From the human T2T-CHM13v2.0 reference genome, Homo sapiens: a stretch of DNA of 64,000 bases. The notes beneath the pieces are model-generated. The model saw nothing but the letters and a program-made list of their open reading frames with translations, was not told the origin of the DNA and searched no databases. Positions 55,106 through 64,000 of this stretch are shown one piece after another (within the stretch, counting starts at the first letter, position 1; every line of letters starts with the position of its first letter). The position numbers and the translations under genes were made by a program. The stretch spans positions 15,264,001-15,328,000 of the forward strand of contig CP068257.2 in NCBI GenBank assembly GCA_009914755.4, in the 5' to 3' direction.

Positions 55106-55430
55106 GGTTTTTTTGTTGTTTTTTTGTTTTGTTTTGTTTTGTTTTGTTTTGAGACGGAGTCTTGTTGTGTCACCCAGGCTGGAGTGCAGTGGTGCGATCT
55201 CTGCTCGCTGCAACCTCTGCCTTTGAGGTTCAAATGATTCTTCTGCCTCAGCCTCCTGAGTAGCTGGGACTACAGCTGCGTGCCACCACGTCCAGCTAAT
55301 TTTTGTATTTTTAGTAGAGAGAGGGTTTCACCATATTTGCCAGGCTGGTCTCGAACTCCTGACCTTGTGATCTGCCCACCTCAGCCTCCCAAACTGCTGG
55401 AATTACAGGCATGAGCCACCAGGCCCAGCC
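55106..55430 (-). mobile_element. Alu SINE, full length, minus orientation, 10-bp TSD 'attaatggag'
   Basis: T-rich '(gtttt)n', then 'gagacggagtcttgttgtgtcacccaggctggagtgcagtggtgcgatctc...' through '...gctggaattacaggcatgagccaccaggcccagcc'. The TSD lies at 55096-55105 and 55431-55440. Confidence 0.9.
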
Positions 55431-58400
55431 ATTAATGGAGTATTGAAGAGGATGTCCTTTCCCCAGTGCATGTTCTTGGCACCTGTGTCAAAAGACAGTG
55501 AGATTAAAATGCATAAACTTATTTCTAAATTCTATGTTCTGTTCCTGTTTTGTAGCCTAATCTGTGGTTTACCCTGGAGAATGTTTTATGCATCAATGAA
55601 AAGAATGTCTATACTGCAGCTGTTAAATAAAATGTTCTGTAAAAGTCTGTTAGGTCCGTTTGCTCTACCATGCAGTTTAAATCCAATGCTTCTTTGTTGA
55701 TTTACTGTATGGATGATTTGTCCAATGCTTAGAGTGGGGTGTTGAAGTTTTCAACTAATATTGCATTAGAGTCTATCTCTCCCTTTAGATTTAATAATAT
55801 TTGTTTTATATATCTGGGTGCAGTAGTATAGGGAGCATAAATATTTACAATTGTTATATCCTTTTGTGGAATTGATCCCTTTATATTTATATAATGACTT
55901 TCTTTGTTTATGGTTTTTTAATCAATGACTGTTTCTTTAAGTATAGCTACTCCTGCTCATTCTCATTTTTGGCTTCCATTTACACAGAATTTTTTTTCCC
56001 ATTCTTTCTTTTTTTGTCTATATGTGTTTTTACAGTGAAATAAGCTTCTTGAAGGCAGCATACAGTATAGTCAGGTGGAGAGTTAAATCTGTTCACATTC
56101 AACATTATTATTACGAGGTGAGGACTTACTCCTGTCATTTTGTTAATTGTTTTCTGGTTGTTTTGTATATCCTTGTTTCCTTTCTTTCTCTTTTATTATT
56201 TATCATTGCAGCTGAGTGGTATTCTGTAGTGGTAATATCTGACTCTTTTCTCACTCTCCTTTGTGAATCTGCTATACCAGTGAGTTTTATACTTTTGCAT
56301 ATTTGCATGATGATGATGATGATCTTTTCACTTTCAAACACAGGACTCCCTTGAATGTTTCTTGTATGGCAGATCTAGTGGTGATTAATTTCTTGTTTTT
56401 CCTTGTTTGGGAAAGACTTCCTTCCTCCCTCATTTCTGAAGAATAGCTTTGCTGAGTATAGTAGTTTTGGCTGCCAGACTTTTTTCTTTCAGTACTTTGA
56501 ATATACCATTTCATTCTCTGCTTGTGAGTAAGGTTTCTGCTAAGAAATCTGCTGTTAGTTTAATGGGCATTCCCTTATATGTAACTTGATGCTTTTCTCT
56601 TGCAGTTTTTAGAATTCTCAGTCTTTGACTTTTAACAATTTGACTAACACATGATTCAAAGAAGCCCTTTTTGGGTTAAACACATTTGGGGACTTTTGAG
56701 CTTGCTTGATCTGAATGTCCATATCTCTTTCCAGACTTAGAAAGTTTTCAGCATTTTTTTTATTAAAGCAGTTTTCTATGCCTTTTTAATCTATTTTCCT
56801 TCTGGAAATTCCATAAGACAAGTATTTCTTTGCTTAATGCCATTTCATAAATCTTGTAGACTTCTTGACTCTTCTTCATTCTTATATTGATTTTCTCTAA
56901 GTGTATAATTTCAAATGACCTATCTTCAAGTTCAGAAATTCTTTCTCCTGCTTGATCAAATCTGCAGTTAAAGCTCTCTATTGTATTTACAATATTTCAT
57001 TCATTGGATTCTTCAGCTGCAGTATATCTGTTTGATTCTTCTTTTACGATATCTATATCTTTGATGAATTTCATGTTCATATCATGAAGTGTCTTCCTAG
57101 GAACTGTCTGTATTTTCTTGGGTTTCCTTGAGTTTCCCGAATATCACTATTTTGAATTCCTTTTATGGCAATTTGTTGATTTCCTTTTTGTTGGAATCTA
57201 ATACTATAGAATTATTATGTTCCTTTGGTTGTGTCATATTTCCTTGCTTTTTCATGTTTCTTGTGTTTCTATGTTGATGTCTATGCATCTGATAGGACAA
57301 TCACCTTTTTCAGATTTTCTAGAGTGACTTTTGTTAAGAAACACTTTTGGGAAAGGTATTGTGGCTCCTGCACATACAGCTATGTGCATGGGTGGTCTTT
57401 TAGATTCTGTAGCTGAATTCAACATTAGTAATAACTGTGGGTGTCTCAGTGGCCTATGTGGTAGAAATTTGTGGTAATAGTAGTGGTGGCATAGATTGTA
57501 AATATCTTTGGAGGTGTGGGATTTGGGGGTTTTCTGTACCTCCACCTGCATTCCCCATAATGGAGAGATAGATGGGGATATTTCTCTTAGTATTAAATCT
57601 AATATGGCCTACAAGCAGCTGCCATGGTCCTAGTTCTGGGTGCAGGTACTCAGAGTGGCTGTGGAGCCAGGGCCCTAGGCTTAGTGTCTTGTGAATCCAT
57701 TGTGGCACCTAAATCTTAGGGTGCAGGTTGGCTTTCTCTGTCAGAGTTGGATGTAGGGTGCCCACGGCACAAGGATCTGACTCTGATGCACCCTGTAGCA
57801 GCTCAGGTCTAGGAGGTGTAGTTGAAGCTCTGATTATACCCCTGGATAGCAGAACACAGACCTGGCCTGACTCTAAGGGAGAAAGAGAGTTCTGTGGGTT
57901 TAAGCCTGGAGTGCAGGGTACAGTTGTAATTCAGGAGCCTGAGATAATAGGGTTCAGTGGCAACTTGCGTCCCTGCAGATGAGATATCATGTAGTGGTGA
58001 ATCTAGACCTTAGGATGATGGGGCTTAGCAGTATCCCAAACTGTTGAGGCCAGGTGCAGCAGCAGCAAGCACCCTAAAATGACTGAGCATGGCTATTGTT
58101 TGAGCCCAGGTGGGAAAGGCAAGAAGCAACACAGCAATGATTCCACTCCATCCCGGGGAATAGAGTCATTGCTGTGCTGCTTCTTGCCCCCCAGGGGGTG
58201 TCTCAGAAGCTCAGATGCTAGGGGTCTAGTCCAGCTTCAGGGAAGCAAGATTCTACAGTTGTTTGGCCTGTAGCGTGGGGTGTCTCAGCTCAGCTTCTAC
58301 TCTGCTTCCCTAGAACGGGTGGTGCTATCTCAGTCCAGCTCTGGCAAGTGGAGCTACTTATCTCAGCCAAGGTAATAGTTATCCAGGTGCAATGTGCCAC

Positions 58401-61400
58401 TTCACCTCAGGCCTGGGAAGTGTGACTGTTCTTGGTGTCCCGGGCCTAGAAATGTATTTTCAGCCTGACTCCCTGTAATGTCAACTGTGTAAAACTTAGG
58501 AATCTCTAAGCAATGAGTAAGGCAGAAGCATAGAATTCATCATTATTTCATCTTGCTGTCCAACTTTTTAAAATAGTCCCCTCTCTATATTCCATATATA
58601 GTATATAAATAGAATACTTTTAGCAATATTACTATTGACATAGTACAGGACAGAATATAATTCTGGAAGACTTTTGTTCTTGTGTTTCCTTACGGAACTT
58701 CATAGCTAAAATCCACAGCTTGGCCAAATCTCATAAATTCTTTATCTTCAGTACTGAAAACGCTAGGCAGTTTACAGCAATAATTTTCACAAACTTATTT
58801 AAATGTGTAGTCTCCATAGATTCAGAACTGTAAGAAATTAATTTGTATGGCGTGTATTGTTTTCAGGTTTAATTAAATATGCTTTGTTAGGACATTCTGC
58901 TTATTAATTCATTTTCACAAGCTGTAAAATATTAACAAGTAAGACTTTTCCTTGAAAGATTCCTGTCCTAATTGCTGTTCTAATTGAAATTAAATAATTA
59001 AAAATCAAACATATTGTGAAATGGTTTAATGCTATAAGTGCTGTTCCCTTACTTTAGTTACTTAAAATTCTTAACCACTCTATAAACACACAATTTTACA
59101 GTGATCATTATTGAAGTATTTTACCTTTGAAATAACATCTATACATATCAACTTATTGATGAATTTGCAACATAGAAAACATTTCAGGGAATTTTCCGCA
59201 TCAACTTACATCTAGAATGTTCTATTCATTTATAATGCATATAAAATCAAATAATATAACTTTCTGTGTTTCTGAAATTGGATATATGATAATCTATGGT
59301 ATCAAAAGCTTATTGATATCATTATTTATTGGAAATTTTAAATAAAGTGACACTGTAGTAGGCATTCACCATTCGGTTATCACAATAGCTGAAGCCAAAT
59401 CCAAGGCTGAGGAAATATTTATGGCCAAACACCAAGACCAAAGTTGAACTTTGGCACATACAAAAGAAGCAGCATACAAAACAAAAGTACAGCATGTCAC
59501 CAAACATTCTTTGAAAACTTGCCAGGCATTGGCCAGGCCATCCAGACATTCTAGAGAAGGTGTGAATTTTACACTTTGCTTGAAACAAGTACACATACAC
59601 ACAGAGAGGTATTCTTAATGTTCTTTACTCAAGGTAGCCAGCATCATTACTACTTATTTTCTTGTAAAGCCACAAAAATTTGCAAATAACATCTGCCTTC
59701 TTTTGCTAATTCAGTTTCAAGAGACTACAATGTCTTCAAACTGCCATAGAGACTTTTCAATGTAATATTTTTATGTTTTTATTGACAGCGTTTTTGTTTT
59801 ATTTTTTCGGTTATTAAAATCCACTGGCTCACATAAACTGACCTATCAAAACAGATTCCTGAATAGTGCAACACCAATTTGCACCCATGGACAGATAGGG
59901 AAATCCAAAACTATTAGTTATTAGGTTTTCAGAGAGATGGTAGAAAATGTGAATCTATGTGACTTAAAGGGTCTTGAATTTATTTTGGGGAAGATATTTG
60001 TATCATGTCATTTGTGTACCTTGATACTTTTAAAGTTAGATACCCATTCTTGGCACTAGCACTCATCTTTCCTAAACTTAACTCCACTTTATGCCCATGT
60101 ATCTCGCAAAATGCAGCATTTCTATTGATATCAAAGCAAGTTCTAAACCTTGATGCATTCTGAAGTTGAGGACAGTGACTGGGGGCACTGGGGGCAGAGG
60201 GGAGGGTTCAAAAGAAATCTATTCTCTTAGGTTTCATCATAAACATATTTTATTTCAAGCACTGTTAATACTTAAAGCAAAGAGAGGAAAATTCCCAGAG
60301 TACGCTACATCTTAAACTATCTGAACCACAAAAGTAAACATTCAGGGAATAGATCTATTTAAGTGTTTTGTCAATACCAGCTTTAGTATTGCCACTGGGC
60401 TTTATGGATTTTTAAGAGTTAGATTTCTTCCTTTTCTAAAGAAGCTTTGGAGCTAAATTTAAGTTATTATCAATTTGAGGACTAGACTATTTTTTAAGGT
60501 CTGACTTATCATTTGAAAAGAGTTTAAGAATTTTAACTTACTCTTTTCCCCCAAGAGTACTCATGTAGATTTTTCTACTCCTCCTTTCAAATCCCACGCA
60601 AGATATATCCATTGTGTCTTATTGCCAACCAGAACTCTTCCTGTGTTGCTTTAATCTTATTTCCTTTGGCATAGAGCAGCCCTCAAAAGGATACGAGATG
60701 AATAAAAAAATTCATGAGTTTTTACAAAATAAACCCAGGGGTTTGTTTTAAAAACAAATACTAAATGTTATTTCAGGAAAGTCTTGCCATTTTAGTAGAA
60801 TCTGTAAGGAAAAACATTTTTGACATCATGCTCACATATTGGGTTAATAGCAGCCTATACAAACATAATCTTTCTATTTTCTTTTTAAGAAAAAAAGAGA
60901 TATATGCTGATATACATCATATATAAATACACATATGCACAAATTATGAGTTCTTGTTTAAAATCACTTAACAAAAAGATGAAACACAAACACTGACCAA
61001 ATATAAATGGATTAAATCAGAGTTTAGAAAAATAGTTCCCAGGGATTTCAAAGCCCCCAAAAAAGAAGTCATTTTAACCTTATCAAAAACAAAATTAACT
61101 TCACACTAGTCAACTGATTTTCTCAGCAAATTGGAGTGAAATAAATGACAGAAAAGTACTTTGAAAGTGGGTCAGATCTGGAAGTCTTATAGGCAGTTTT
61201 ATCACATAGCTATATATTTTAGAAACTACAAAAGCATTTATTAGAAAATTAAATCTTAAAATGGAGAATTTAATACTCAGTTACTAGTTCTAATTTTTGC
61301 AATAGCCATAAGCAGGAGTTTGGCAACTTTCTTCAAACAGACACATTATTCTGGAACTTTGCATCCTGTCTCACACTGAGTCTACATCATAATAGTAAAG

Positions 61401-61689
61401 TATCTTCTCATCCAAAAATGTTGTCTTATTCTGAATCTCCTCTTCTCTGTTCCCCTAACACTTAGTGTATACCTTTATTATGGTATTTCTCAACCTAAAC
61501 ATTTGATTTAACTCTCTGTTTTTTTCCACTACACTGCTATTATTTTGAAGGCATAGGTTATGTCTTCTCCATTTTTATATAGCCAGTGCATGACCCACAG
61601 CAGTGTCTTTTTGTGAGCCAAATAAACCTCTTATGTATATCATTTGTGTTGCCACAGAAGAATAACTGCAGATGGGTAATTTATATATT

Positions 61690-63170
61690 TTTATGTATAT
61701 TCTTATTTTATATATATTTTAATATATTGTATATATTACATAAAATATATAGTACATATTACATAATATATTGTACATATTACATAATATAATATATTGT
61801 ACATATTACATACTATAATATATTGTACATATTACATAACATAATATATTGTACATATTACATAATATAATATATTGTACATATTACAAAATATATATTT
61901 CACATTACATAATATATATTTCACATATTACATAATATATTTCATACATTACATAATATAATATATTTCATACATTACATAATACATATTTCATACATTA
62001 CATAATATATATTTCACATATTACATAATATATATTTCACATATTACATAATATATTTCATACATTACATAATATAATATATTTCATGCATTACATAATA
62101 CATATTTCATACATTACATAATATAATATATTTCATGCATTACATAATATAATATATTTCATGCATTAAATAATATATATTTCATACATTACATAATATA
62201 CTATATTTCATACATTAAATAATATACTATATTTCATACATTACATAATATATTTCATACATTACATAATATACTATATTTCATATATTACATAATATAC
62301 TATATTTCATATATTCCATAATATACTATATTTCATATATTCTATAATATACTATATTTCATATATTCTATAATATAATATATTTCATATATTCTATAAT
62401 ATAATATATTTCATATATTCTATAATATACTATATTTTATATAATATAATATACTTTATATTTTATATAATATACTTTATATATTATATACTATAATATA
62501 CTTTATATATTATATTATATAATATACTTTATATATTATATTATATAATATATAAAATATATTATATAATATAATATATTTTATATTACATAACATAATA
62601 TATTTTACATATTACATAACATATCTTACATATTACATAACATAATATATCTTACATTTTACATAACATAATATATCTTACATATTACATAACATAATAT
62701 ATCTTACATATTACATAACATAATATATCTTACATATTACATAACATAATATATCTTACATATTACATAATATATCTTACATATTACATAACATAATATA
62801 TCTTACATATTACATAACATAATATATTTTACATATTACATAACATATTTTACATATTATATAACATATTATTTTACATATTATATAACATAATATATTT
62901 TATATATTATATAACATAATATATTTTACATATTATATAACATAATGTATTTTACATATTATATAACATAATGTATTTTACATATTATATAACATAATGT
63001 ATTTTATATATTATATAACATAATGTATTTTACATATTATATAACATAATGTATTTTATATATTATATAACATAATGTATTTTATATATTATATAACATA
63101 ATGTATTTTATATATTATATAACATAATGTATTTTATATATTATATAATATAATGTATTTTATATATTAT
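61690..63170. repeat. AT-rich compound minisatellite array: blocks of about 26-bp units such as 'attgtacatattacataatataatat', 'atttcatacattacataatataatat', 'atcttacatattacataacataatat' and 'tattttacatattatataacataatg'
   Basis: Visible head-to-tail periodicity across the region. For example, 62590-62850 holds about 9 near-identical 26-bp units, and 62850-63170 holds about 12 units of 'tattttatatattatataacataatg'. Confidence 0.9.
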
Positions 63171-63279
63171 ATAAACACTGAGGGTCAAATTTCAACAGGA
63201 GATTTGGAGGGTCAAATATCCAAACTACAGCACCATTATATTCCCAAAGTCTATGCCCTTCCCCCTACAACAATTATAT

Positions 63280-64000
63280 ATTATATAGTATATATTATAT
63301 AGTATATATAATATACTATAGTATATATTATATAGTATATATAATATACTATAGTATATATTATATAGTATATATAATATACTATAGTATATATACTATA
63401 GTATATATAATACACTATAGTATATATAATACACTATAGTATATATACTATAGTATATATAATACACTATAGTATATATACTATAGTATATATAATACAC
63501 TATAGTATATATACTATAGTATATATAATACACTATAGTATATATACTATAGTATATATAATACACTATAGTATATATACTATAGTATATATAATACACT
63601 ATAGTATATATACTATAGTATATATAATACACTATAGTATATATACTATAGTATATATAATACACTATAGTATATATACTATAGTATATATAATACACTA
63701 TATATAATACACTATATTTTATACTATATTATATATAATATATTTTATATATATATTTTATATATATTTTATGTATATAATATATTTTATATATATTTTA
63801 TATATATAATATATTTTATACATAACATATATTATATATAATATATTATATATTACTATATATAATATATTATATATTACTATATATAATATATTATATA
63901 TTACTATATATAATATATTATATATTACTATATATAATATATTATATATTACTATATATAATATATTATATATTACTATATATAATATATTATATATTAC
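63280..64000. repeat. AT-rich minisatellites: 33-bp unit x about 10-12 (63280-63700), (TATATATTT)-like tract (63700-63840), 22-bp unit x about 7 (63840-64000); continues to the window edge
   Basis: The 33-bp unit is 'tatagtatatataatacactatagtatatatac'. The supplied ORF 63396-63698 is its translation: 'YYIYYSIYTIV' repeated. Each unit contains the perfect 20-bp palindrome 'ctatagtatatatactatag'. The 22-bp unit is 'atatattatatattactatata'. Confidence 0.9.

Larger units (their letters stand above)
51410..58480 (-). mobile_element. Old L1 (L1PB/L1MA-like), minus orientation, about 7 kb, internally rearranged
   Basis: The left end is antisense to an L1PB-type 3' UTR ('...gggtatccatcccacatgcgtttcttctttgagttacaaacaatctaattacattctttaagttat...gactataatcaccctattgtgctatcaaatagtaggtcttattcattctttcc...cacctctggtaaccatcctattctctatgcc'). 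From 52020 to 54335 the sequence is antisense to ORF2 from its C-terminus down to about aa 465. From about 55560 to 58480 it is antisense to the ORF2 N-terminus (from about aa 180), ORF1 and the 5' UTR. The segment aa 180-465 is missing. Aa numbers are by reference to my memory of L1HS ORF2p. Confidence 0.75.

Noticed and set aside
62590-63170. Regularly spaced 26-33-bp repeats that superficially resemble a CRISPR array
   Set aside because: The units are directly contiguous with no unique spacers. They are almost pure A/T, and the surrounding sequence is primate (Alu, L1, HERV). They are minisatellites, not CRISPR.
63396-63698. 100-aa ORF 'MYYIYYSIYTIV...' on the minus strand
   Set aside because: It is a pure translation of the 33-bp tandem repeat, an 11-aa periodic peptide, and not a gene.

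Overview
This window is primate, almost certainly human, nuclear genomic DNA, not a prokaryotic locus. There is no operon structure. The density of Alu, L1, MaLR and HERV sequence shows this directly. By my reading roughly 55-60% of the window is interspersed repeat. I found no convincing cellular protein-coding exon; nearly every six-frame ORF provided is a translation of a transposable element, a tandem repeat or chance sequence. So I do not find a novel defense-like or other gene system here.

Major contents, left to right:
- A MIR fragment at 150-352.
- A minus-strand Alu at 4563-4883.
- A complete, env-deleted HERV-H (RTVL-H) provirus at 4992-10764. It has two LTR7-type LTRs, a tRNA-His primer-binding site, gag zinc knuckles, pol RT/RNase H/integrase remnants, and an intact 5-bp target-site duplication (TTGAG).
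- An L1PA 3'-end fragment with a 9-bp TSD at 12373-12798.
- MaLR (MLT1/MST-type) LTRs at 13575-13972 and 16515-17103, the latter interrupted by an Alu fragment.
- hAT-type MITEs at 14994-15303, 23961-24197 and 46775-46930.
- Plus-strand Alus at 19760-20027, 22218-22496 and 34786-35080.
- A ~7.8-kb minus-strand old L1 (L1PB/L1MA-like) at about 26590-34380. It carries an Alu, plus a composite 'L1PA 3' end + Alu' insertion that shares a single 13-bp TSD.
- An ~8-kb plus-strand full-length L1M-type element at 36051-44120. It sits inside an MLT1 LTR and itself carries an Alu with a perfect 13-bp TSD.
- Minus-strand Alus at 44726-45031 and 48748-49045.
- A rearranged minus-strand old L1 at about 51410-58480 that contains an inverted duplicate ORF2 segment and another Alu.
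- At least 2.3 kb of AT-rich compound minisatellite (26-, 33- and 22-bp units with perfect palindromes) from about 61690 to the window edge.

The most interesting unexplained structures are the palindromic AT-rich minisatellite super-array, the L1/Alu chimera, and the intact HERV-H provirus.

All calls come from reading the sequence against remembered consensus sequences. No database search or alignment was run. Family and subfamily names, and all boundaries, should be treated as approximate.
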